64,000 bases of DNA. It comes from an uncultured Gemmatimonadales bacterium. GTDB taxonomy: Bacteria; Gemmatimonadota; Gemmatimonadetes; Gemmatimonadales; GWC2-71-9. The notes beneath the pieces were generated by a model that had not been told where the DNA came from, searched no databases, and worked only from the letters and a program-made list of their open reading frames with translations. The position numbers were made by a program, and so were the translations under genes. The stretch is from NCBI GenBank assembly GCA_963730185.1, contig CAVSQW010000001.1, positions 88,279 to 152,278 on the forward strand, in the 5' to 3' direction. Positions 30,889 through 40,430 of the stretch are shown here, in pieces; the first letter of the stretch is position 1; each line of letters opens with the position of its first letter.

Positions 30889-31634
30889 CCACTGACATCG
30901 CGACGACCGCGGAGCGCATGGCGCTCCTGCCCCCCGACGTGCCCCGCGACGCCGTCATCGTGGTGCGCAGCCTCACCCGTGACTACGTGATGGGCAGCGA
31001 AATCGTGCATGCCCTCCGAGGGGTGGACGTTACCATCCGCAAGAACGAGTACGTCGCCATCATGGGGCCCTCGGGCTCGGGCAAGTCGACCCTGATGAAC
31101 ATGATCGGCTGCCTCGATACGCCCACCGAGGGCGAGTACTGGCTCAACGGCTACCGGGTCTCCGACCTGGGCGACGACGACCTGGCCCGGATCCGGAACA
31201 AGGAGATCGGGTTCGTCTTCCAGACCTTCAACCTGCTCCCCCGCGCCTCGGCGCTCCAGAACGTGGAGCTCCCGATGGTGTATGCCGGGGTCGGGTCCAA
31301 GGAGCGGCGGTCGGCCGCGATCGACGCGCTGGGCCGGGTCGGCCTGGCGGAGCGGATGAACCACCGCCCCAACGAGCTCTCGGGCGGTCAACGCCAACGG
31401 GTGGCGATCGCCCGGGCGCTGGTGAACACCCCGAGCATCCTGCTGGCCGACGAGCCGACGGGGAACCTCGACTCCAAAACGAGCGAGGAAATCCTCCGGC
31501 TGTTCGACCGGCTCTACCAAGAAGGTCACACGATCGTGCTGATCACCCACGAGCACGACATTGCCGAGCACGCCCACCGTCAGGTCCATCTTCGCGATGG
31601 CCGGGTCGAGCGTGATTTTCTGACGGAGAAGTGA
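30885..31634 (+). CDS. ABC ATPase, MacB/LolD-type
   Basis: [27 protein letters not shown] and ITH motifs. Confidence 0.96.
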   Translation: MTTDIATTAERMALLPPDVPRDAVIVVRSLTRDYVMGSEIVHALRGVDVTIRKNEYVAIMGPSGSGKSTLMNMIGCLDTPTEGEYWLNGYRVSDLGDDDLARIRNKEIGFVFQTFNLLPRASALQNVELPMVYAGVGSKERRSAAIDALGRVGLAERMNHRPNELSGGQRQRVAIARALVNTPSILLADEPTGNLDSKTSEEILRLFDRLYQEGHTIVLITHEHDIAEHAHRQVHLRDGRVERDFLTEK

Positions 31635-31635
31635 C

Positions 31636-33180
31636 ATGGTCCGCACCCTGATCCGCCTGGCGCCGGCCGGGCTCCTGCTGGTCGCCCTCGGTTGCAAGAA
31701 GAAGGTCGAGCAAGTGGTGTACGAGGCGGTGCCGGTCGAGCGACGCGACATCGTCGTGTCGGCCCGCGCCACCGGCACCATCCAGCCCGATACCGTCGTC
31801 GAGGTGAAGTCGAAGGCCTCGGGCGAAATCCTCGCGATGAAGGCCGAGACCGGCGAGACGGTCGACCGCGGCTCGCTCCTGGTCCAGATCGACCAGCGGA
31901 CCCCGCGGAACACCCTCAACCAGGCCGATGCCAACCTCGAGGTGGCCAAGGCGCGGCTGGAGAACGCCGAGTCGCAGCGGAGGCGTTCCGAGGAGCTCTT
32001 CAAATCGCAGTCGCTCTCGGAGCAGGAGTACGAGACCGCGGTGCTCGCCGTCGCCAACGGCAAGGCCGCCGTGGTGAGCGCCCAGGTCGACGTCGAGAAC
32101 GCCCGGATCGCGATGGAGGACACCGACGTCAAGGCGCCGATCTCCGGGACGATCATCGCCAAGAACGTGGAGCGCGGTCAGGTAATTTCGTCGCCGACCA
32201 GGGACGTGGGCGGCGGCACGGTGCTCCTCACCATGGCCGATCTCAACTTGGTGCAGGTCCGGACCCTGGTGGACGAGACCGACATCGGCAAGATCCAAAG
32301 CGGCCTCCGGGCCACCGTGACGGTCGACGCCTATCCCAACCAGCCGTTCAACGGCGAGGTGCTCAAGGTCGAGCCCCAGGCGGAGACCCAGAACAACGTC
32401 ACCATGTTCCCGGTCCTGGTCCGCATCGACAACCGGCGGGGGCTGCTCAAGCCCGGGATGAACGCCGACGTCGAGATCCACATCGGCCGGCGGGACAGCG
32501 TGCTGGCCATTCCCAACGCGGCGCTCCGCACCCAGCGGGACGTGGGCTCGGCCGCCCAGGTGCTCGGTATCTCGCAGGAGCAGCTCCAGGCCGAGCTGGC
32601 CGAGGCGCAGGCGCAGGCGGACAGCACCCGGGCGCGAGCGGCCCGGGACAAGGCCGCCGACGGCGAGACCGAGGCCGCCAACACGGGGCGGCCCGCGGGA
32701 CAGGCCGCCGGGAACACGATGACCACGCCGGACGGGCGGACGATCCAACTGCCCCCGGGCGTCACCCAGGCCAAGGTCCGCGAGCTCTTCCAGAAGCGGT
32801 TCGGCGGTGGCCAGCTGACGCCGGACGAGCAGGCGATCATGGCCCAGGTCCAGCGGAGCTTCGGGCGAGGCGGTGCCGGCGGCCGGGGCGGGATGCGCCG
32901 GAGCGGATCCGACTTCGAGTTCGGCGGCAACTACATCGTATTCGTGCTCCGGAACGGGAAGCCGACGCCGAAGATGGTCCAGACTGGCCTGACCGACCTC
33001 GATTACAGCGAGGTGATTACCGGGCTCGCCGCGGCGGACTCGGTGCTGATCCTGCCGAGCGCGAGCCTGGTGCAGTCGCAGCAGGACTTCAAGGAGCGAA
33101 TCGGCCGGATGACGGGCGGCGGCGCGGTCCCGGGCATGCGGAACCAGAGCCAGTCGTCGGGAGGGAATCGGCGGCCATGA
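31636..33180 (+). CDS. MacA-like periplasmic adaptor lipoprotein
   Basis: Lipobox ALGC; VKSKASG, KAPISG, VDETDIG and LKPGM motifs. Confidence 0.92.
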   Translation: MVRTLIRLAPAGLLLVALGCKKKVEQVVYEAVPVERRDIVVSARATGTIQPDTVVEVKSKASGEILAMKAETGETVDRGSLLVQIDQRTPRNTLNQADANLEVAKARLENAESQRRRSEELFKSQSLSEQEYETAVLAVANGKAAVVSAQVDVENARIAMEDTDVKAPISGTIIAKNVERGQVISSPTRDVGGGTVLLTMADLNLVQVRTLVDETDIGKIQSGLRATVTVDAYPNQPFNGEVLKVEPQAETQNNVTMFPVLVRIDNRRGLLKPGMNADVEIHIGRRDSVLAIPNAALRTQRDVGSAAQVLGISQEQLQAELAEAQAQADSTRARAARDKAADGETEAANTGRPAGQAAGNTMTTPDGRTIQLPPGVTQAKVRELFQKRFGGGQLTPDEQAIMAQVQRSFGRGGAGGRGGMRRSGSDFEFGGNYIVFVLRNGKPTPKMVQTGLTDLDYSEVITGLAAADSVLILPSASLVQSQQDFKERIGRMTGGGAVPGMRNQSQSSGGNRRP

Positions 33181-34391
33181 TCATCGGCGAAACCTTCCGG
33201 GTCGCCCTGCAGAGCATCCGCGACCACAAGATGCGGGCCGGGCTCACCATGCTCGGGATCATCATCGGCGTGGGCGCGGTGATCGCCGTCGTAGCCCTCG
33301 GCTCGGGCGCGCAAAAGGCGATCGAGGATCGGATCGCCGCGCTCGGCGCCAACGTCCTGAGCGTGTATCCCGGTCAGTCGTTCTTCGGCGGCCGGGCCTC
33401 CGACCAGCGCGTGAGTCTCACGACCGACGACGCGGCGGCGCTCCGGAAGGACGCGTCCTCGCTTCAGTACGTGGTTCCCGAGCTGAGCCGGAACTACTCG
33501 GTCGGGTACATGGCGCAGAACCTGAACGTTCGAGTCATCGGCACCACGCCGTCGTACCTCGACGTCAAGAACTACAAGGTCGAGTACGGGCAGATGTTCA
33601 CGGCCGGCGACGACGGTGCCCGCCAGCGCTATGCCGTGATCGGGAGCGCCGTCCCGGAGGAGTTGCAGGCCAACGCCGCGGCCTTGGTGCACCAGAACAT
33701 CTCGATTGGAGGGCAGTCTTTCGAGGTGATCGGCGTGCTCGCCGCCAAGGGCGGACAGATGTCGTTCGAGAACCCGGACGAGCAGATCCTGATCCCACTC
33801 AGCACCGCGCGCTACCGGCTGATGGGCACCGACCGGCTCCGGCAGATCAGCATCAAGGTCGAGGACGGCGTGCCGCTCGAGCGCGCGATGGTCGACATCG
33901 AGCGGGTCATGCGCCGAGAACACAAGATTCGCCCCGGCACGGACAACGACTTCCAGATCCGCAACACGCAGGAGATCCTCGCCACCCAGCAAGAGGCGAC
34001 CGAGGTCTTCAAGTACCTGCTCGGCAGCATCGCGGCGGTGTCGCTGGTGGTGGGCGGGATCGGGATCATGAACATCATGCTGGTGTCGGTCACCGAGCGC
34101 ACCCGGGAGATCGGTGTGCGGCGGGCCCTGGGCGCCACCAAGTTCACGATTCTCTCCCAGTTCCTGGTCGAGGCCGTGGTGCTCTGCCTCCTCGGCGGGC
34201 TCTTCGGCATCATAGTCGGGACCGCGACCGCCAAGATCATGTCGGACCTGCTGGGGTGGAACACCCTGATCTCTCCGGCCGCGGTGGCAATCGCGTTCCT
34301 GTTCAGCGCCTTCGTGGGATTGTTCTTCGGACTCTGGCCGGCCCGTCGAGCGGCGGGGCTGAACACGATCGACGCGTTGCGGTACGAATAG
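33177..34391 (+). CDS. MacB/FtsX-type ABC permease
   Basis: LTMLGIIIGV, GGIGIMNIMLVSVTERTREIG and PARRAA...ALRYE motifs. Confidence 0.96.
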   Translation: MIIGETFRVALQSIRDHKMRAGLTMLGIIIGVGAVIAVVALGSGAQKAIEDRIAALGANVLSVYPGQSFFGGRASDQRVSLTTDDAAALRKDASSLQYVVPELSRNYSVGYMAQNLNVRVIGTTPSYLDVKNYKVEYGQMFTAGDDGARQRYAVIGSAVPEELQANAAALVHQNISIGGQSFEVIGVLAAKGGQMSFENPDEQILIPLSTARYRLMGTDRLRQISIKVEDGVPLERAMVDIERVMRREHKIRPGTDNDFQIRNTQEILATQQEATEVFKYLLGSIAAVSLVVGGIGIMNIMLVSVTERTREIGVRRALGATKFTILSQFLVEAVVLCLLGGLFGIIVGTATAKIMSDLLGWNTLISPAAVAIAFLFSAFVGLFFGLWPARRAAGLNTIDALRYE

Positions 34392-34413
34392 CCGGCGTCG
34401 AAACGCCGAGCCC

Positions 34414-35409
34414 ATGCTCCATGGCATCGTGCTGGGAACGGGGCACGCCGTTCCCGATCGGGTGGTCACCAACGACGAGCTGGCCCGGTCGATGGACACC
34501 TCGGATGAGTGGATCCGGTCCCGGACCGGCATCCGTGAACGCCACTGGATCCGCCCCGGCGAGACCGGGGTGGAGCTGGGGCGCCGGGCCGCGGTCGCGG
34601 CGCTCGAGGCGGCGGGAATCGGTCCGACCGATCTCGACGCGATCGTCTATGCCACGATCAGCCCGGACCATTTCCTGCCCGGCAACGGCGTCTTCCTCCA
34701 GCATGCACTGGGCTCCGGCCCGATTCCGGCGATCGACGTGCGGATGCAGTGCGCCGGGTTCGTGTACGCCTTCTCCGTGGCCGACGCCTATCTCCGGACC
34801 GGCGCCTGGCGCCGGGTGCTGGTGGTCGGGCAGGAGATTCAATCGACCCGGATGGACGTCTCGACCCGGGGCCGCCATACCGCGGTGATCTTCGCCGACG
34901 GCGCCGGCGCGGTGGTGCTCGGTGCCACGGACTCGCCAGACCGCGGCATTCTCGCGACCGACCTCCACTCGGACGGGGCCTTCGTGGAGAAGCTCTGGGT
35001 GGACGAGCCCGGGGCCATCCACCAGCCGACGGTCGACGCGGGCCGGTACGCTGAGGGGCGGTATTTCCTGGAAATGGACGGGCGCGACGTCTTTCGTCAC
35101 GCGGTGGTACGGATGCCGGAGTCGGTGCGGACCTGTCTCGACCAGGCCAAGCTCCGCCCGGCTGACATCGCCCTCCTCATTCCCCACCAAGCCAATCTCC
35201 GGATCTCGGAGGCGGTTCAGAAGTCGCTCGGTCTCCGGGACGACCAGGTCTACAACAACATCGATCGGTTCGGGAACACGACCGCGGCCACCATTCCGAT
35301 CGCCCTCGACGAGTGCGCCCGGGCCGGCCGCCTGGCGCCCGGTGACCTGGTGGTGTTCACGGCCTTCGGGTCGGGTTTCGTCTGGGGCAGCGTCGCGCTT
35401 CGCTGGTAG
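34414..35409 (+). CDS. fabH: 3-oxoacyl-ACP synthase III
   Basis: DTSDEWI..RTGI; triad QCAGF, PHQAN and GNT; AFGSG. Confidence 0.92.
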   Translation: MLHGIVLGTGHAVPDRVVTNDELARSMDTSDEWIRSRTGIRERHWIRPGETGVELGRRAAVAALEAAGIGPTDLDAIVYATISPDHFLPGNGVFLQHALGSGPIPAIDVRMQCAGFVYAFSVADAYLRTGAWRRVLVVGQEIQSTRMDVSTRGRHTAVIFADGAGAVVLGATDSPDRGILATDLHSDGAFVEKLWVDEPGAIHQPTVDAGRYAEGRYFLEMDGRDVFRHAVVRMPESVRTCLDQAKLRPADIALLIPHQANLRISEAVQKSLGLRDDQVYNNIDRFGNTTAATIPIALDECARAGRLAPGDLVVFTAFGSGFVWGSVALRW

Positions 35410-35416
35410 CCGGCGG

Positions 35417-35845
35417 TCACCGGGGAACCAGCGGATACTTCTGGAGATAGTACTCGCGCGAGCGCGACGCGTTGGCCCGGAACAGCTCGTCCGAAGGGTC
35501 GTCCGCATCCTGGATGAAGAGGTGCATGGCCCCTGGCCAGAGCGTGGCCTGGACGGTCCACCGGTCTTCGGGCGAGAAGAACACCCATTGGAGCGCGCCC
35601 CCACCGGCGTCCGTCAGATGGACTCGGCTGGCCCGCTCGAGGGTCACCTGCTCCGGGAGGCCGGCGGCGGCGGCTCCCCAGGGCTCGAGGTCCAGGTCGG
35701 CTTCCGTCCAACTATGGACCTGCAGCGTGCCGGTGATGGGGTCGTCGTGGTACGGGATCTCCAACTCGACATTCCATTCACCCAGCGCGTCCCAGGCGTG
35801 GTCCATCGGACCGAGATCGGGGACGTCGATGGTGGGGTGCTTCAT
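35417..35845 (-). CDS. Hypothetical protein
   Basis: 142-aa acidic ORF filling the gap; GC3-rich codons. Confidence 0.65.
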   Translation of the reverse strand: MKHPTIDVPDLGPMDHAWDALGEWNVELEIPYHDDPITGTLQVHSWTEADLDLEPWGAAAAGLPEQVTLERASRVHLTDAGGGALQWVFFSPEDRWTVQATLWPGAMHLFIQDADDPSDELFRANASRSREYYLQKYPLVPR

Positions 35846-35942
35846 TGGGTTCCAGGCCGGTGGAGGTTGATGGCCCCCGTTCCACCTCGGCGGGGAACGG
35901 CGATACTGGCTAGTATCGGCAGGGTGGGGACCGATTGAAGCC

Positions 35943-35969
35943 TGAAACCCGGTCAGTGATTGTTGCGTA
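35943..35969 (+). promoter_or_regulatory. Putative ECF (SigW-like) promoter
   Basis: TGAAAC-N17-CGTA upstream of the small membrane protein gene. Confidence 0.55.
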
Positions 35970-36021
35970 GTGGAACGCCCGGGTGGCTCTGTTCTGGAGC
36001 CCGGAAAGGAGTCTGTCTCGA

Positions 36022-36288
36022 ATGCTCGACATCATCAGGCTGGCACTTGCTCTGGCGGCCGGCGTTTTCACGTTCGGTTTCGCGCGAGGCTTCGTCCGGC
36101 GGCGGCTCCGCTTCGTGGACGCGGTCCGCTCGCCCCTGGCGCCGATTCTGGCGGCCGTCGGGGCGGCTCTCATCGCGCTGCCGCTCACCCTGCTGCCGCT
36201 GATTACCGGATTCACCGCCGCCCTGGTCGGGCTCGCCGCCGGCTTCGGCACCGCCAGCGGGGTCAAGGCCCTCAAGCGGGGCGACTGA
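36022..36288 (+). CDS. Small hydrophobic membrane protein
   Basis: AAGGAG RBS; three hydrophobic segments. Confidence 0.72.
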   Translation: MLDIIRLALALAAGVFTFGFARGFVRRRLRFVDAVRSPLAPILAAVGAALIALPLTLLPLITGFTAALVGLAAGFGTASGVKALKRGD

Positions 36289-36307
36289 CCGGCGTTATCT
36301 TGGCTCC

Positions 36308-36550
36308 ATGGCTACCGTGCACTGCGTACGCTGCGGCGAGACCCGCGACGGCATCCCGTTTCGACCTTTTCCCAACGAACTCGGTGAGCGGTTGCTCGCC
36401 CAGATTTGTAATGTCTGCTGGGGCGACTGGCTCAAGCTGCAGCAACAGCTGATCAACCACTACGGGCTCAATTTGCGGGAGCCCGAAGCGAAGAGCTTCC
36501 TCTACGCCCAGCTCGAACAACACCTCTTCACCAACGCGCCCCGATCCTGA
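36308..36550 (+). CDS. YggX-like Fe(II)-trafficking / oxidative damage protection protein
   Basis: PFPNELGERL...W..W...Q..LIN...LNL...FL family pattern. Confidence 0.85.
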   Translation: MATVHCVRCGETRDGIPFRPFPNELGERLLAQICNVCWGDWLKLQQQLINHYGLNLREPEAKSFLYAQLEQHLFTNAPRS

Positions 36551-37481
36551 AGGCCAAGTCGATCGCCGGCCCGCTCGGCGCGAGGTCTTCGGTCATGCCC
36601 AGGAACCATTCGGGTCCTCGCTTGGCCTTGAGCAGGAACCCGTAGTCGAGCGTGAGCTCCCGCTCGTCCAGCGAGCTGAAGGTGGTACCCTGGTAGTTGG
36701 AGGACTGGTAGAAGATGTTGATGAAGGCCGCTTGCCGTCCCCAAAACCGGTACCGCGCTCCACCGCCGAGCGAGTGGAAGACCGTTCGCTGGAAGTCCTG
36801 CAAGTCGCCGTGGCGGGGCGTGTATCCCAGCCCCGCGCTCCCCTCCAAGGTCAGGCGGCCGTCGACCGCTCCGCGCATCGTGGTGACGGCCGCGACCGAC
36901 GCGACCCCCCGTCCATAGCCGACCGGGCCGGTCGAGGTCGGGAGGGTGACCGAGACGGCAGTTTGCCAGAACCGGGTGTGCCGGTGTCCGGCGACCAGCC
37001 GGACGTCACCGAGGAAGCCCGAGGACCCCTGGCGCTCGAATCGCCGCCCGTCGGGCAGCTCGATCAGGTAGGTGAACTGGTCGTTGGGCACCACCTCGCG
37101 GGCCGCGACTCGGAGGCCGGTGAAGCTGTGGTACCAGTTCAGGAACCCGTCGAGGAACCCACCCCAGGCCGCGTTGTACGAGGCCGACGCCCCGAGAAAG
37201 ACCGGTCCCACGTTCCGGATCACCGTGGCGTCGAGCCGGGCGAATTCCCCGTCGAGGATGAACCGGCTGGTCGTGTGGTCGTTGTACTCGATGGCGCTGC
37301 CGTAGTCGAGCAGCAGCCGGACATCCCACGGTCGGCTCCGCTCGACGTAGGGCTGAAAGTAGACGCTGCTCCGGCTGGTCAGCACCGGGTTCACAGGTTG
37401 GTACGCCGGGAGGCCCTGGGCCGGGAGGGCGGTCACGGCGACCATCACGAGCAGCAGTGGGAAGAGTAGAGGCCGGGTCAC
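36528..37481 (-). CDS. Putative outer-membrane beta-barrel protein (DUF3187-like)
   Basis: Signal peptide; GGFLDGFLNWYHSFTG, TLPT motif; C-terminal W. Confidence 0.65.
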   Translation of the reverse strand: MTRPLLFPLLLVMVAVTALPAQGLPAYQPVNPVLTSRSSVYFQPYVERSRPWDVRLLLDYGSAIEYNDHTTSRFILDGEFARLDATVIRNVGPVFLGASASYNAAWGGFLDGFLNWYHSFTGLRVAAREVVPNDQFTYLIELPDGRRFERQGSSGFLGDVRLVAGHRHTRFWQTAVSVTLPTSTGPVGYGRGVASVAAVTTMRGAVDGRLTLEGSAGLGYTPRHGDLQDFQRTVFHSLGGGARYRFWGRQAAFINIFYQSSNYQGTTFSSLDERELTLDYGFLLKAKRGPEWFLGMTEDLAPSGPAIDLAFRIGARW

Positions 37482-38143
37482 CAGGCCTCCGGTCCAGTGT
37501 AGCGGGGTCGATGCGCGGAGGGTCGCGTCTCGGCTGCCGGCCCCGGTCGCGCCGGGTCCGTCCTGAGCACGTCGCCGATCACGTCATCGAGCGGAAGGAG
37601 CTGCGGGACCAGGGCGGGCACGGTGGGCGGGTGGCCGGCCACCAGGCTGGCGCCGATCACCTGGCCGAGCAGGGCCCGGGCCCGGAGCAGGGCGGAGTCG
37701 CCGCCGCCCAGCTCCGGAGCGCGGGCAAGCTCCGCGGCGAGCGGCTCGAGGACCGCCTCGCGATAACGCTCCACCAGCGACGGGAAGTGGGCGCCCTCGG
37801 ACACGAGGATCCGGAGGATCTCGGCGTGCGGCGTCGTCCGGCTGCCGCTCCAGAGGGCGCCGATCCGCTCGCGAAGTCCGGCGTTCGGCACCGTCGGGGC
37901 CAGGGGTGCGGTCACCGTCTCGTCGACCAGGGCGGTCATCAGGCCAGCCTTGTCCGCGAAGTAGCGATAGACCGTCCCGACGGTCACCCGCGCGGCGCGC
38001 GCGATGTCTTCGATGGTGGTGGCGGTGTAGCCCCGCTCCGCGAAGAGGCGGAGCGCGGCGTCGCGGAGCTCGCCGGGGCGAGCGGCGCTTCGGCGGGTCC
38101 AACTCCGTTTGGTGGTCGGGAGACGTCGGCCGGACGGCGGCAT
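37478..38143 (-). CDS. TetR/AcrR family regulator
   Basis: AALRLFAERGYTATTIEDIARAARVTVGTVYRYFADK. Confidence 0.92.
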   Translation of the reverse strand: MPPSGRRLPTTKRSWTRRSAARPGELRDAALRLFAERGYTATTIEDIARAARVTVGTVYRYFADKAGLMTALVDETVTAPLAPTVPNAGLRERIGALWSGSRTTPHAEILRILVSEGAHFPSLVERYREAVLEPLAAELARAPELGGGDSALLRARALLGQVIGASLVAGHPPTVPALVPQLLPLDDVIGDVLRTDPARPGPAAETRPSAHRPRYTGPEAW

Positions 38144-38252
38144 GACGGATGATAGCGGCGGGTTCACGACCGGCCAAGCGCGCTGGAAGGCGAACCGGGC
38201 GGAACGGCCGTCAAACTGGCCGCTCCGCCCGGTCGCTCGACGATGTCGGAAG

Positions 38253-39143
38253 CTACTCGTCGTCGCGGTCGATCTTGGCCGATACCGTCTGCCGGGTCCG
38301 GTTCCGCATGATCTCCAGCTTGACCGACTCACCCGGCCCGTAGGAGCGAAGAATCCGGAGGAGGCTGGCGGGGCCGCGGGGTTCGCGCCCGTCGACGCTC
38401 AGGATGACGTCGCCGCCCTTGAGCCCGAAGGTGTTCTGCTTGGGGACGTCGATCACCAGCACGCCGTCGGCGGTGCCGAAGTAGGTCCCGAGATCGGGGT
38501 TGAGCGGGGCCAGCTCGAGGTCGGCGAAGGGACCACCGAACCCGAAGGCGAAGGCACCGTCCTGCTTCGGCAGGAGCTGCCGAAAGCGGATCGTTGGGAG
38601 GTCGTCCTCGACCCTGAACCGCGCCCCTTGCTCGGGGAGCCGGAAGACGAACGCGCTGTCGTCGAGCGGCGCCAACGCCATGGTCGGCTCGCGGTCGGCG
38701 ACCACTTTGGCGGTCCGCGTTTCCTTGCCGCGGCGATACTCGACCTTCGCGGTGTCGCCCGGATCCAGCCTGGCCACCATCTCGATCAGGCGGAAGGCGG
38801 CGGTCGAGCCGGCGTCCTGCGGGTCGCGATAGAGGCCCCGTCGGCCGTCGACCAGCGACTGGCCGTCGACCCGGGTGATGATGTCGCCGGCCTGCATCCC
38901 GGCCCGGCCCGCCGGCCCGCCCGGGGTAACCGAGTTGATGGTGGCGCCGATGGAGTCGTTCTCCACCGCGTTCATGTCGACCACCACTCCGAGCCGAGCC
39001 CGGCGGCGCACCACCAGGTCGAGCGGGCTCATCTCGCGTCCGTCCACCCAGATCCGGGCCCGCGCCGGCTGGCGTTGCTGGGCTGCGAGCGGCATGACCG
39101 CTCCGAGCGCCAACGTGATGAAACCGATCTTCCGAACCAGCAT
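38253..39143 (-). CDS. Secreted tandem-PDZ protein (no protease domain)
   Basis: Signal peptide; ARLGV...GPAGRAGMQAGDII and GLKGGDVILSVDG. Confidence 0.85.
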   Translation of the reverse strand: MLVRKIGFITLALGAVMPLAAQQRQPARARIWVDGREMSPLDLVVRRRARLGVVVDMNAVENDSIGATINSVTPGGPAGRAGMQAGDIITRVDGQSLVDGRRGLYRDPQDAGSTAAFRLIEMVARLDPGDTAKVEYRRGKETRTAKVVADREPTMALAPLDDSAFVFRLPEQGARFRVEDDLPTIRFRQLLPKQDGAFAFGFGGPFADLELAPLNPDLGTYFGTADGVLVIDVPKQNTFGLKGGDVILSVDGREPRGPASLLRILRSYGPGESVKLEIMRNRTRQTVSAKIDRDDE

Positions 39144-39164
39144 TGCTCTACTCCCCGGGTTCAC

Positions 39165-39773
39165 TCAGAACCCCACGTATCGGGCACCGGTCAAATGCAC
39201 ATCCATCAGGGCGTCGAGCAGCCCGACCCGCTCCCGCCACAACCGTAATGCTTCACGGTCGCGATTGGTCGCATCCATCAAGTCGACGACCTGAATCTGC
39301 CGGTCTACCCGGGCCAACCGATCCTCCAGCGACGCGGTGATGCTCGCGGCGCGGCCGTCCACGACCTGCCGGTCGGGATCGAAGCTCGCGAGAGCCCGCT
39401 CCATCTGCTGCGACCGGGCCATCGCCTCCTGAAGCGCGGGCGTGTCGGTCGCCGAGACGAGCTGCCGTTCCGGTCGATGCTGAACGACCACGACCGCCAG
39501 GGTGAAGGAAGCGGCCAGGGCCACCCCACCCATGACCACCCGCCAGGCTCGCCGCCGGCGTTCGGCGTGAACCTGGCGCCGGACCGCGGCGAAGCGGTCG
39601 CGCGACGGCCGGAGGGTGGGAAGCGCTTTGAGCCGAGCCACCCGCTGGTCCAACCGCTCGAGCTCGACCCGACAGGCCGAACAGGCGGCGATGTGGTCGC
39701 GCCAGCTCTGGACGCCGGGCTCGAGTCCCGGTTCACGGATCGCGACCAGCTGTTCCATCGTGAGATGGGTCAT
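39165..39773 (-). CDS. Zinc-finger (ZAS) anti-sigma factor
   Basis: HIAACSAC matches HxxxCxxC, followed by a TM; overlaps the ECF stop. Confidence 0.85.
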   Translation of the reverse strand: MTHLTMEQLVAIREPGLEPGVQSWRDHIAACSACRVELERLDQRVARLKALPTLRPSRDRFAAVRRQVHAERRRRAWRVVMGGVALAASFTLAVVVVQHRPERQLVSATDTPALQEAMARSQQMERALASFDPDRQVVDGRAASITASLEDRLARVDRQIQVVDLMDATNRDREALRLWRERVGLLDALMDVHLTGARYVGF

Positions 39774-40327
39774 GCGCGCGCCTCCTCACCTAACCAGTGG
39801 CGGAGCCGCGCGTGGGCCCTCGCCAGCTGCGACTTCGAAAAACTCACCGTGCGGCTCATCATGCCCGCGATCTCTTCATGGGTATAGCCCTCGACGTCGT
39901 GGAGCCAGACCACCGCACGCGAAGTCTCGGGCAGCCGTTCCAGGGCGGCCTCGAGATCCATGCGGAGCGCGGTGTCCTCGCGCCGGATGGGCACCACCTC
40001 GTCCTGCAGCTCGTCGGTGTCCCGGTACTTGTTCCGACGGAGCCGCATCAACGCCTTGCTGGCCGTGATGGTCCGGACCCAGCCCCAGAGGCTGCCGTCG
40101 CCGCGGAAACGGCGGATGCTCCGATAGACCTCCAGGAAGGTCTCTTGGAGAACATCCTCGGCGTCCTCGGTCGTCCGGCAGATCCGCCGGGCGAGGTTGT
40201 AGACCGGAACCTCGAAAGCGCGGTAGAGCGCTTCCTGCGCCTCCGGGTCCCCCGCGACCACACGCGGGAGGACCGCCTCGGCGTCAGCCAGCCGGTATGC
40301 GTCCATGCAAAGAGTCCGGGAGAGCAC
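39770..40327 (-). CDS. ECF sigma-70 factor
   Basis: DAEDVLQETF, FRGDGSLWGWV and LHDVEGYTHEEIA motifs; GTG 40327 or ATG 40306 start. Confidence 0.94.
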   Translation of the reverse strand: MLSRTLCMDAYRLADAEAVLPRVVAGDPEAQEALYRAFEVPVYNLARRICRTTEDAEDVLQETFLEVYRSIRRFRGDGSLWGWVRTITASKALMRLRRNKYRDTDELQDEVVPIRREDTALRMDLEAALERLPETSRAVVWLHDVEGYTHEEIAGMMSRTVSFSKSQLARAHARLRHWLGEEARA

Positions 40328-40335
40328 GCCGTAAA

Positions 40336-40362
40336 GATGCCGGGGACAAGGCGATGGTTGCA
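40336..40362 (-). promoter_or_regulatory. Putative autoregulatory ECF promoter
   Basis: TGCAAC-N17-CATC, in-frame GTG 8 nt downstream. Confidence 0.55.
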
Positions 40363-40430
40363 CCACCGGCGGGGTCCGACGGACCCCGGAGGGCGATAGA
40401 TTCTCCGACCCTATCACCGCCGAGCGATCC

